From Escherichia phage YX22: a DNA stretch of 64,000 bases. Positions 9,068-17,638 of the stretch are shown here, piece by piece. Position 1 is the first letter of the stretch; every line of letters starts with the position of its first letter. The stretch is from sequence record OR776998. The stretch is one strand, 5' to 3'. The notes beneath the pieces were generated by a model, which made no database searches, had not been told where the DNA came from, and saw nothing but the letters and a program-made list of their open reading frames with translations. The translations under genes were made by a program, and so were the position numbers.

Positions 9068-10390
9068 TTAGAAAAGTCCTTTAATTAACCCTTTGCGGAA
9101 ATACACGTTGGTGTCCTTGGCGATACCATCCGCAGTCACATAGACCTGTGGATCCTGGTTCGCTGGGATCTGAACGAATGGGTTAGCACAAATCCCGTAG
9201 CGGGTCTTGAACGCCATACGTGGTGCGAAGGTGGTTTCACCCTGGGTGCGGTACATTTCCAGCGGTACATACGGTGCGAAGAAGATACCAGCATCCAGCG
9301 CGGTTGCGCCTTTGTATGCCAGGGTGATGTATTCTGCTACTGCATACGGGTCGATGTAGACACGCATACCGTTAGACAGCACACCAGCGAAGGTCTGGCC
9401 AGTCGGATCAATCGCCAGCTTGGTGTTTTCCTGCAGCGCCGGAGCATAATCCAGCATGCCGGACATCGCCAGAGCGGATGCTACGTTCGGGGAGCACAGA
9501 ACACGGTTGCCTTTACCACGACGGGTGTCAACACCGATGCCGTTCGCTTCGACTTCCAGCATGAAAGTCATGTACTTCCATTTTTCCAGCGCCCAACGAC
9601 CGGAGATGTCAGTGGAGATATCTACGATACCGTTGGTGCCGAATTTTTTGAAGCGTACTGCGCTGAAGTTCATGGTGCGGATAAACTCACGGTTCATCTC
9701 TGCCTGAATTTCAGTTACCATCACGTCGGACAGGATGCTGTCAACGTCTTCGCCGTGGATCGCCATCATGTCCTGGCGCAGTTCGTGGCTGTAGTCAGCG
9801 TACAGGCCGCGAGACTTCGCAGTCACGGTTGCTTTCTGAACGGTGATACCAACACGTGCCCATGGGTTGGTGGTGGTGCCCAGCAGTTCAGCGTCGGAGG
9901 TTGACATGCCTTTACCGATGGTGGTGGTAGCAGCGCCGGAACCTTCGATTTCAGTCTGGGAGAAGCCAGATGGGTCGCCAGCCTGTGCAGTATCGTCACC
10001 GGAGTAACCGGAGTTGGCTTCGTTCATGAACAGCTCAGCGCGGGACTGGGCAGTGTTGGAGCCGTCTGCAACGCCCTGGCGAGCACGCAGTGCGAAGATC
10101 TGACCGTCAGGACCAGACAGCGGCTGAACGCCGAAGAAGTCCATCGCGATGTTGACCGGAGCCAGACGTTTGGCCATGTCGATCAGGACTGGCTGCCATT
10201 TGCCCACAGAGGCGTTCACGGAGCCAGGAGCGTCGGATTCGCCCAGGTTTTTGGCGTTCCACTCAGCCTGGTTTTGCAGCAGACGGACGGCAACGTTTTC
10301 GGCAGAAAGCGGCTGGATGCTTTCAGATTCTTTCTGAAGAACTGGCAGCCACTGCTCGCGCATTTGTTCGGTAACAAGTTTCTTAGCCAT
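9068..10390 (-). CDS. major capsid protein
   Basis: 440 aa. Occupies the T4 gp23 position after protease and scaffold, and has its own promoter-like motif and a strong terminator. ATG at 10390 (MAKKLV). Confidence 0.8.
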   Translation of the reverse strand: MAKKLVTEQMREQWLPVLQKESESIQPLSAENVAVRLLQNQAEWNAKNLGESDAPGSVNASVGKWQPVLIDMAKRLAPVNIAMDFFGVQPLSGPDGQIFALRARQGVADGSNTAQSRAELFMNEANSGYSGDDTAQAGDPSGFSQTEIEGSGAATTTIGKGMSTSDAELLGTTTNPWARVGITVQKATVTAKSRGLYADYSHELRQDMMAIHGEDVDSILSDVMVTEIQAEMNREFIRTMNFSAVRFKKFGTNGIVDISTDISGRWALEKWKYMTFMLEVEANGIGVDTRRGKGNRVLCSPNVASALAMSGMLDYAPALQENTKLAIDPTGQTFAGVLSNGMRVYIDPYAVAEYITLAYKGATALDAGIFFAPYVPLEMYRTQGETTFAPRMAFKTRYGICANPFVQIPANQDPQVYVTADGIAKDTNVYFRKGLIKGLF

Positions 10391-10430
10391 GATGGTCATT
10401 CCTTACATTGATATTCAGTTAAGTTGAAAT

Positions 10431-10437
10431 TACTTAG
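10431..10437 (-). promoter_or_regulatory. late-promoter variant CTAAGTA
   Basis: One mismatch from CTAAATA. It lies between the scaffold terminator and the capsid start. Confidence 0.3.
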
Positions 10438-10440
10438 TAG

Positions 10441-10468
10441 TTCAAAATCAAGCCCCCTTTCGAGGGCT
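10441..10468 (-). terminator. terminator after the scaffold gene
   Basis: Minus-strand RNA forms AGCCCTC-GAAA-GGGGGCT followed by TGATTTTG. Confidence 0.5.
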
Positions 10469-10481
10469 GTGGCTGCTAAAA

Positions 10482-11333
10482 TTAGCCGTTGATGCCGAAG
10501 CGACGATTATAGTCGGCCAACTGACGCTTGATAGATTCTTTCAGCTCTTTGTCTGTTTCATCTTCATCGTCATCTTCATCGCCTTCTTTCTTAGGCTTTT
10601 TGCCTTCGGCTTTAACATCTTTGTTGTCGTCATCGCCGTCTTTTCCGCCGACTTTGTCCTGGAAGTCATCGTCATCGTCATCGCCTTCTTTCTTCACGGA
10701 CTTACCTTCTACCAGGTTGCGGAAGGTGTGTACGCGGGAAGCGAATTCGCTTTCGGTGGTGAACTGCACCGCTTCCAGCAGATTGACAACCGTTGCTTTC
10801 TTGGTATCGACCATACCTTCACAGATACGGGCGATCACAGAGTCACGCAGAGTCGCATTCGCGGCTTCTTTGATTTGACGGTTTTCGCTTTCAGCAGCCG
10901 CAGCGCGTTGTTCTGCTTCGGCCAGGCGGGCAGTCAACGCAGCGATCTGGCCGTTTTCGTCGGTGGCAAAGTTAATACCAGCTTCTTTCAGAACACCAGT
11001 CAGGCCAGTCAGCAGGTTTTCAGCCGCTTCACGTTTGATCTGAGCATCGATTGCAGGAGCGTTCTTGTTAGCCCACTCTTCTACAACAGCATTCAGGAAG
11101 CCATCGACTTTCGTCGCGATTTCCATCAAGTGAGACTCTTTCAGCTGAGCAATCTCAGCCTGATGAGCTTCAACCAGACGCAGGCGCTCAATATTGGCAG
11201 CGTTTTCGGTTTCTTGAATAGCGGTCAGGCGAGCGGCTTCTACTTTAGATTCCAGCAGACCAGACACTTTATCCAAGAAGTCGGTGCTGAGGCCGTTAAC
11301 GCCCTCAAACAGTTTTTGCAATTCAGGTTTCAT
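10482..11333 (-). CDS. prohead scaffold protein
   Basis: Ala/Glu-rich coiled-coil sequence with an acidic DDDDDD / EGDEDDDEDE tail. Occupies the T4 gp22 position. Confidence 0.7.
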   Translation of the reverse strand: MKPELQKLFEGVNGLSTDFLDKVSGLLESKVEAARLTAIQETENAANIERLRLVEAHQAEIAQLKESHLMEIATKVDGFLNAVVEEWANKNAPAIDAQIKREAAENLLTGLTGVLKEAGINFATDENGQIAALTARLAEAEQRAAAAESENRQIKEAANATLRDSVIARICEGMVDTKKATVVNLLEAVQFTTESEFASRVHTFRNLVEGKSVKKEGDDDDDDFQDKVGGKDGDDDNKDVKAEGKKPKKEGDEDDDEDETDKELKESIKRQLADYNRRFGING

Positions 11334-11360
11334 GATTGTTTCCTTCTGAACGATTTTCAG

Positions 11361-11367
11361 TATTTAG
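11361..11367 (-). promoter_or_regulatory. late-promoter-like core CTAAATAct
   Basis: 28 nt upstream of the scaffold ATG. Confidence 0.5.
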
Positions 11368-11378
11368 TGAGGCTGAAT

Positions 11379-12047
11379 TCAGCCCAGATGTTTCAATGCG
11401 ATATCGAGGCGGCGCAGGAAGTCGTCTTCTAACTGAATATTGGTTTTCACCAATGAATCGACCACATGCCCCTTAATGTCCTTAGGAACCCAAATTCCTG
11501 AAGATTCATCAAGCTGCCATTCCACAGATTCGCTCACAGCCTTTACATAACAAACTTGTCCAGAAGGACGGTCGACTGCATCAACAGCAGTGAGCATAAA
11601 GCCGGGTTGAACGTCATCATAGCCGTTCACTGACTTGGTCTCACCAAGGCCACGTGTAGACACGGCCAGGTTGAAGTCTGCTTCAGCCAGAGCACGAATG
11701 ATCTGACCTTTCGGTGTATTCAGGATCCGCGCTCGACCGATAGCGTTGGTGCCTTCCCAGCGCAAAGATTCGGTTTTGAGTGCAGCGTGTTCGATATCGG
11801 GGAAAGGATAATCCGGATGCTTGAGTTCACCGATTGCACGACGATCCTGGATATACTCTTTGTCGTATGCTTCGACAGCAGGGATACCCACCTTTTGGAG
11901 ATCGTAGTTGCGACCATTACGGTTCACCTGGTTACACATCACGAATGGACCTTCGATGTACATGGCCTTGCCGCCAGTAGCCGTGGCCGCTTCACCAATC
12001 TGAAGGTCTTTCCCTATCGCAGTGATCTCACGCAACAGTTTCATCAT
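11379..12047 (-). CDS. prohead core protease (T4 gp21-like)
   Basis: 222 aa. Lies between the core proteins and the scaffold. Contains a GELKHPDY-type segment. Confidence 0.65.
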   Translation of the reverse strand: MMKLLREITAIGKDLQIGEAATATGGKAMYIEGPFVMCNQVNRNGRNYDLQKVGIPAVEAYDKEYIQDRRAIGELKHPDYPFPDIEHAALKTESLRWEGTNAIGRARILNTPKGQIIRALAEADFNLAVSTRGLGETKSVNGYDDVQPGFMLTAVDAVDRPSGQVCYVKAVSESVEWQLDESSGIWVPKDIKGHVVDSLVKTNIQLEDDFLRRLDIALKHLG

Positions 12048-12054
12048 TCGCTCC

Positions 12055-12360
12055 TTAACTCAGCCCCATCATACGACGGAACTTCATTGCTTTTTTCTTA
12101 CGACGCTCGATTTTGCGCTGGTATCCCATACCCATGCGTTTCTTGGCTCGGATCGCCTTGCGGTTGCCCAGCTTGCGAGTACGGCGCTCACTGGCGACCA
12201 TCACTTCACAACGGGAACCATCCGCAGACAGTTTGAAACCAGGAGCACACTGCAGACGGCGACGGCGTTTGCCTTTTGCGTTCACCTTGTCAATGACTTT
12301 CTGCTCATCCATGCGGGAAGCCAGGAAATCAGCGAACGTTGCAACTTCTTCGATTTCCAT
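12055..12360 (-). CDS. very basic prohead core/internal protein (gp68 position)
   Basis: Arg/Lys-rich 101 aa. Called on synteny only. Confidence 0.45.
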   Translation of the reverse strand: MEIEEVATFADFLASRMDEQKVIDKVNAKGKRRRRLQCAPGFKLSADGSRCEVMVASERRTRKLGNRKAIRAKKRMGMGYQRKIERRKKKAMKFRRMMGLS

Positions 12361-12372
12361 GATACATTCCTC

Positions 12373-12549
12373 TTACTGGTCGTCGCCGAAAGGACCCATG
12401 TCTTGGCTCAGGGAGTTCAAGACATATTCAGTACCCTGCTGGACCAGTTCTTGGGCGCGAGCGGATAGCTCCATTTCGCATTCAGCAGCAGCGGCATCAG
12501 TATCACCAGCGATGATTGCTTTTACCAGATCGATAGCGGCCATGTTCAT
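12373..12549 (-). CDS. small acidic prohead core protein (gp67 position)
   Basis: ATG at 12549 with an AGAGGA SD. The ORF-track start overlaps the portal gene. Confidence 0.4.
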   Translation of the reverse strand: MNMAAIDLVKAIIAGDTDAAAAECEMELSARAQELVQQGTEYVLNSLSQDMGPFGDDQ

Positions 12550-12580
12550 ATCCTCTAAATGTTTTCTATACTTAGTCGAA

Positions 12581-14275
12581 TTATTCTTCACCACCAGGAG
12601 GGTTAGTCGCTGGGATGACGTTAGGTCTGAATTTCAGTGGACTGACTTCCCCGCTGCCGAAGCCGCCGGACTCATCTGCCTGTACTTCAGGATATTTGCC
12701 TTCTTTCTTCTCTTTCGCGATCTTCTCTTGCTGGTCTTTGATGTCTTCATCAGACATGCGCAGCAGATTGCGTTGAGCAAAATCGATAGAGAAGAGAGTG
12801 CCGATATATGGTTCGATCTGACCGAGAGCCGCCATACGCTGCGACAAGATTTCGTTCTCTTGTTGTTCACGGATGAAGCTGTCAGAAGTGAATTCGAACT
12901 TGACGAACGGCTTGATCTTCTCATTCCAGTCAGCCTGGTCTGTAATGCCTTTTAATATCAGATGGCGACGCAGAAGTTCCAGGAAGATACCAGAAGAATA
13001 ACGACGGCGCAGGCTCGCACAGAACTTGTTGAAGCGCAATTCTTCCTGCGTAATTTCAGCAAGATTGGAACCACCGATGTTGATGGAACCTTCCTCTTGC
13101 AGGCGGCTCTTAGGGATCATCAGAGCCTCGTAGAGTTTCTCGCGGAAGTATACCACATGATCCATTTGACCCAGTTGGTCGCCACCGCCTACGTTGGAGA
13201 TCTCGGTTGCGTTCTGTCCTTCGCGACGTGGTAGCCAGTAGTCCTCAGCGATACCCATCAAATGAGTGTTACCAGCCACCTTACCAGTGGTGCGATCATA
13301 CGCCAGACGGTTCTTGAATTTGCCCATCATGGCTTGCATGTATTCTTCGGCCGACTTCTTACCCAGCGTACCCACGTCGAGATAGAACGCTCGCTTCTCA
13401 GGAGCACGTGTGATCGCATAGATCACCGTTGCATCTTCAGTTGTAACAAGGTTGTTCAGGGGACGGATAGCTGGGTTCAGCAGGCTTGGTACAACCCCAT
13501 TCGCCAGAGGCTCTTCACCACTGTCCAGATACACTATGCTCTCATCATCAAACACCAGCTCTTGCTGTGACGGTTGGAAGTTCTGAGACGTACCGGACTG
13601 GCCAGTGAATTGGTTGCGGTTGTAGTTCGGGTTGTAGTAGTATTGAAGTTTTACGTCATTGATGACTTCGATACCGTCGCGCATCGCTTTTTGAACGATG
13701 TACACTGGGCGGATACAGCGTGAGTCCATCATGATGAGTTTGGCGATACCCGCTTTCTTGTTCTTCGGGTCCACTACAACGTGGAATGCCTGACGGCCTT
13801 CAATATACCATTTGCGGATCTTCTGATACGCCGTGTTGTCAAAGTCAAGGAGATGCATGATCTCTTTGAATGCGTCAGTGATCTTCTCTTTGACTTCGTC
13901 TGTGATGCCATCTACCTTTTCCAGGTTGATGGTTACAGGAGTCTCTTCCTCTTCACAGGTGACGATGTCGTTGACAATGATATCCACAGCTTTACGAATC
14001 TCAGGCTGCTGAGCCATAGACTGGTACTCTTCGACCAGCTGTTTGACGTTGAGCAACTCATTCTCAACACCAACGAAATTGAATGTGTTCGCGCCGCCCT
14101 GGAGGATGATCGAGCCATCCTGAGAATCGTCCAGCGCAACAACAGTCGCTTTTGAAAGCAACTTCTCTTCTTGGTTCGTGACCATCTTGTCGGTATCAAT
14201 CGGCGCTTCTACTTTGCCGCCTCTACCGAACAGGCCGAAGAACCCATTTCCGAATGCACCATTTCCGAATGCCAT
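12581..14275 (-). CDS. portal protein (T4 gp20-like)
   Basis: 564 aa. Lies between the tube gene and the prohead core genes. GAGGA SD. Confidence 0.8.
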   Translation of the reverse strand: MAFGNGAFGNGFFGLFGRGGKVEAPIDTDKMVTNQEEKLLSKATVVALDDSQDGSIILQGGANTFNFVGVENELLNVKQLVEEYQSMAQQPEIRKAVDIIVNDIVTCEEEETPVTINLEKVDGITDEVKEKITDAFKEIMHLLDFDNTAYQKIRKWYIEGRQAFHVVVDPKNKKAGIAKLIMMDSRCIRPVYIVQKAMRDGIEVINDVKLQYYYNPNYNRNQFTGQSGTSQNFQPSQQELVFDDESIVYLDSGEEPLANGVVPSLLNPAIRPLNNLVTTEDATVIYAITRAPEKRAFYLDVGTLGKKSAEEYMQAMMGKFKNRLAYDRTTGKVAGNTHLMGIAEDYWLPRREGQNATEISNVGGGDQLGQMDHVVYFREKLYEALMIPKSRLQEEGSINIGGSNLAEITQEELRFNKFCASLRRRYSSGIFLELLRRHLILKGITDQADWNEKIKPFVKFEFTSDSFIREQQENEILSQRMAALGQIEPYIGTLFSIDFAQRNLLRMSDEDIKDQQEKIAKEKKEGKYPEVQADESGGFGSGEVSPLKFRPNVIPATNPPGGEE

Positions 14276-14309
14276 GATTAAGTCCTCAACATTTTCTTGT
14301 AATTAGTGA

Positions 14310-14327
14310 GGGGGAATAAGATCCCCC
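14310..14327 (-). terminator. stem-loop between tube and portal genes (attenuator?)
   Basis: GGGGGA-ataaga-TCCCCC with no clear U-tract. Confidence 0.3.
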
Positions 14328-14340
14328 AGCACTGAGGACA

Positions 14341-14874
14341 TTAGAGAGACTTGTCTGAGATGGCCTGGAAGTAACGCAGGTCAACAGTGAACTGAGTATA
14401 AGAGTCCATTGCAGACATGTCCAGTTCCAGCTGACCGAGGTTCTGAGGCCAGGTGCCCTGAAGGGTCCAGGTCTTGGTGACGTTGTCATTCGCATCCAGC
14501 AGTTCCATGATTACATCACGGAAATAATCATCTGGGTTAGCAGACGCACGGTTGTTGTTGCTGCCGTTGATGTACTGCTGCCAGACTTCGAATGCGTTGT
14601 ACGGGGCGTTGTCCACGACGTTGATGAACGTCACAGGCAGCGCCTCGAAACGACGGTCACCTGGGAATGGAAGTTCACGACCACCCCATGGGACGAGTAT
14701 TTCTCCGAGCTGGCCTGTTGGGGTATTTGTGGTCACCGCCAACAGCGAAACATCACGGATAGTATCGCTTCCAGCCACGAAGGAAGGGAAGTTAACAGTC
14801 ACACGCCAACGGTGTTGGCGCTGAACGCCACCCCCGCGTGACATAGCTGCTCTGAATTCATTAACTGTAGCCAT
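14341..14874 (-). CDS. tail tube protein (T4 gp19-like)
   Basis: 177 aa, downstream of the sheath gene. Its size and pattern are typical of tube proteins. Confidence 0.75.
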   Translation of the reverse strand: MATVNEFRAAMSRGGGVQRQHRWRVTVNFPSFVAGSDTIRDVSLLAVTTNTPTGQLGEILVPWGGRELPFPGDRRFEALPVTFINVVDNAPYNAFEVWQQYINGSNNNRASANPDDYFRDVIMELLDANDNVTKTWTLQGTWPQNLGQLELDMSAMDSYTQFTVDLRYFQAISDKSL

Positions 14875-14894
14875 TATAGATTCTCCAGAAAGAG

Positions 14895-15608
14895 TTACAC
14901 AATTCTAATTAGCTGCCAACCCGTCGTGTTCAAACGCTCTGCGGTCGCAGTTTTCCTATGATACACAGACGGTGGTGGAACTGGAATACCCTTGTCGATG
15001 TAATCATAGAGTGCTGAATATTTAAGTCCCAACCTCTCCACATATTCACGACAGTTCCCGTGGATTTCGTGTTCTTCACCGGAAGGAGATACCAATTTGA
15101 ATCGCTTTGCATGACCGTTGTTCTTGCCCTTTCTGATTCCAGTTTCAATGCATTTTCGACTAAATGATAATTTACCTTCTTCTTTCCATTCAACCCCGAT
15201 CCGACAGCTAATGATTTCTCCTGTTTTCCACCGTGGATCATCGCAATCAACTAAACCGAGATGTTCACCAGTAGAAGTCAAAACTGCTCCGTGTTTATTG
15301 GAAAATGTGGACCCGTCTCCACCCCAGGTCTTGTTGTACCCTTTCTGAGTTGACATGTGGGTTCCGTGTTGCTTTATAAGAATGATTTCCAATTCTTTTA
15401 GATCTTCCAGGGATTTGGTCTGGGCTAACACTTGAACAGAAAAGGACTCTTCTCCGTACTTTCTTATTGCTTGGTGAATAAAGTAATCAGATCCCTTCTG
15501 AGCACTATTGCAGTGCTCCCACCACCTTTGCATAGGGTCTCTCGTCGTTATCCCAATATAGGCTTTCTGATTTACTAGATTTGTAATTTTGTAAACACTT
15601 CCGATCAT
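14895..15608 (-). CDS. GIY-YIG homing endonuclease (Seg-like)
   Basis: VYKITNLVNQKAYIGIT..R..EH motif. A+T-rich insert between the sheath and tube genes, with its own promoter-like element. Confidence 0.8.
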   Translation of the reverse strand: MIGSVYKITNLVNQKAYIGITTRDPMQRWWEHCNSAQKGSDYFIHQAIRKYGEESFSVQVLAQTKSLEDLKELEIILIKQHGTHMSTQKGYNKTWGGDGSTFSNKHGAVLTSTGEHLGLVDCDDPRWKTGEIISCRIGVEWKEEGKLSFSRKCIETGIRKGKNNGHAKRFKLVSPSGEEHEIHGNCREYVERLGLKYSALYDYIDKGIPVPPPSVYHRKTATAERLNTTGWQLIRIV

Positions 15609-15636
15609 TTCGATGCTCTCTCAGTAAAATCGTTCC

Positions 15637-15662
15637 ATTTTAACCCGCGAGAGACCATTGAA
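15637..15662 (-). promoter_or_regulatory. TTCAAT-N14-TAAAAT promoter-like element
   Basis: The minus strand reads TTCAATGGTCTCTCGCGGGTTAAAAT upstream of the endonuclease gene. Confidence 0.5.
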
Positions 15663-15682
15663 ATGCCCTCCGAAGAGGGCAT
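15663..15682 (-). terminator. stem-loop after the sheath gene
   Basis: ATGCCCTC-cgaa-GAGGGCAT with a weak U-tract. Confidence 0.45.
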
Positions 15683-15690
15683 GGGGTAAA

Positions 15691-17586
15691 TTAAGAAGCG
15701 GCTACGATACCACCACCGGATTCGATCTCACTGAATTCCATGTCTGGACGCACGGAAGCAAAATCAAGATACACCCAATTTATACTGTATTCTGGTTTCA
15801 GCCAGATACCCGCGACCATGGTGTTGGCTGCGATAACATCAGCGGTGTTGTTGTCCTCGTCACACTTCACCATCCCGTCATAGATCGCGCCCATGTTGGC
15901 CAACTGGCGGATATATGGGCGGACAGCGTTGCTGAACAACCCACGAGTGAATGCATCGTTGTTCTCACCAAGGTAGTATTTGGCGATGGCTGCGATGTTC
16001 TGCTCTGCCATAATGAACAGACCACGAACGTTGATGCGGTCGAACGCAGATGGGCGGGTCAGACCAGTCTTGTCGCCGTACAACACGATGCCTTCGTTGG
16101 AGAAGGTGACGATGCTGTTTATCTGGTTGCGATACAGCACAGCACGCTCATCAGAAGACGCAGACCACGCCATTCGATTATAGTTGTTGTATTTACCACG
16201 GTTGTGGAACGCCGGAGATTTGTAGATACCCGCGATTTCAATGCTTCGCGCCCAAACACCTGCGGTGCCACCACAAGCCGGAATCCAACGCATTTTGTCG
16301 TTGTACTTGTCGTACACATACGCCCAGTTGTCATCCATGAAGAAGTAGGAGGAGTCGCGAACAAGGCTTTCACGCCAGGCCACAACATCATCCATCTCAC
16401 GGCCACGGTTTCCGACGACCGTATCGCGAAGAGGAGACACGAAGGACACTGTGTCTTTACGCTCAGTGGACAGGTCGATCAGTGCCTGCTGCTCAATCAG
16501 TTCTTCACAGAAACCGAACACTGGCTTGGCATCATACGCTTCGGCGTTGTTCAGTGCCTGGATAGCCGCAACACGGTTCCCAGTGTAATCGTCTACACCA
16601 CCTTCGAGTTCAATCACACCAGCAGCCAGGGTAGTGGCGAAGGTGTACACCCAATTTGAGTTGCCGTTGATCACGTCTTTGAAGTACGCATTGGATCCAT
16701 CAGATTTCTTAGAACCCTGAGCGGTCTGCACCAGTTCATACTTCTCGATGATCGTACCGGAAGCACCAACAGTGGTGACGGCAGCGGTAGCAGTCAGACC
16801 ATTCGCGTCTGGAACAATCGCAGTCGCAGCCTGAGGACCGATTGCTTTGTGAGTGACGGTGACGGTGTTGGACTTCACGACAACAGAAGAATACACGTCA
16901 GTCAGAGCCGTCAACGCAGTGCCGATTTTGGTCGCCAGGGTGGCCGGGGTGTCAGTGTCAGTGTACGCCACGTCTTCGCCAGCAACAGAGATTGAGCCTG
17001 CACCAGTAGCCGTACCGGATACAGAGATACGATCAACCTGACCAACAGCACCGGAAGAATCTGTGATGCGACCTACTTTGTCAACGATGGCGATATGGTA
17101 CTCGCCATCCTGCGGAGCATATGCGAAGTTGTTACGGAATTCCCAGGTCGGGAACAGCGCAGCGTCACAGATGTTCACAGCAATGTCGTTACCCAGAGAG
17201 CCAGCATAGCGGCCTGTCCAGGTAATAGACGCAGATGGGGACGCAGTTTCGAAGTCTAGTTTGTTGCGGATAAGGATTGCAGTCTGACCTTTGGTTACAG
17301 CGTTGCGTGCCGCCGGACCGACCACACGGGTCACCCATGCAACAGAGCTGTAAGACAGGAAGTCAGCAATCACCAAGAAGTCGGTGGCAGTTGCATCGTT
17401 TGGCTTGAAGAATTTCTTCACCAGACCAGTTTCGCCACCAGTGACCAACACAGGGAGTTCTGCTTCACCCCATTGGAATTTGCCGACAGTCGCACCCTGA
17501 ACAACAACGGATGGAGACGTCTGAAGCGTGGCATCACGCTCAGTCCACTGTACGGACGGCGCAACGCTGAAGCTTTGAGTTGCCAT
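15691..17586 (-). CDS. tail sheath protein (T4 gp18-like)
   Basis: 631 aa, between the terminase and tube genes. ATG at 17586 (MATQSF) with an AAGGA SD and a late motif upstream. Confidence 0.8.
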   Translation of the reverse strand: MATQSFSVAPSVQWTERDATLQTSPSVVVQGATVGKFQWGEAELPVLVTGGETGLVKKFFKPNDATATDFLVIADFLSYSSVAWVTRVVGPAARNAVTKGQTAILIRNKLDFETASPSASITWTGRYAGSLGNDIAVNICDAALFPTWEFRNNFAYAPQDGEYHIAIVDKVGRITDSSGAVGQVDRISVSGTATGAGSISVAGEDVAYTDTDTPATLATKIGTALTALTDVYSSVVVKSNTVTVTHKAIGPQAATAIVPDANGLTATAAVTTVGASGTIIEKYELVQTAQGSKKSDGSNAYFKDVINGNSNWVYTFATTLAAGVIELEGGVDDYTGNRVAAIQALNNAEAYDAKPVFGFCEELIEQQALIDLSTERKDTVSFVSPLRDTVVGNRGREMDDVVAWRESLVRDSSYFFMDDNWAYVYDKYNDKMRWIPACGGTAGVWARSIEIAGIYKSPAFHNRGKYNNYNRMAWSASSDERAVLYRNQINSIVTFSNEGIVLYGDKTGLTRPSAFDRINVRGLFIMAEQNIAAIAKYYLGENNDAFTRGLFSNAVRPYIRQLANMGAIYDGMVKCDEDNNTADVIAANTMVAGIWLKPEYSINWVYLDFASVRPDMEFSEIESGGGIVAAS

Positions 17587-17628
17587 AATCTTATTCCTTC
17601 TCTGTAGAGTTTCGCTCAATTTGAAAGA

Positions 17629-17635
17629 TATTTAG
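17629..17635 (-). promoter_or_regulatory. late-promoter-like core CTAAATAtc
   Basis: 43 nt upstream of the sheath ATG. Confidence 0.5.
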
Positions 17636-17638
17636 TGA

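Noticed and set aside
10728-12955. Plus-strand ORFs 10728..11432 and 12113..12955
   Set aside because: They are antisense to the scaffold, protease and portal genes, with Ser/Arg/Leu-rich junk composition.
15658-16659. 333-aa plus-strand ORF
   Set aside because: It lies wholly antisense to the tail sheath gene and has a low-complexity, Val/His/Arg-rich composition. It is a shadow ORF.
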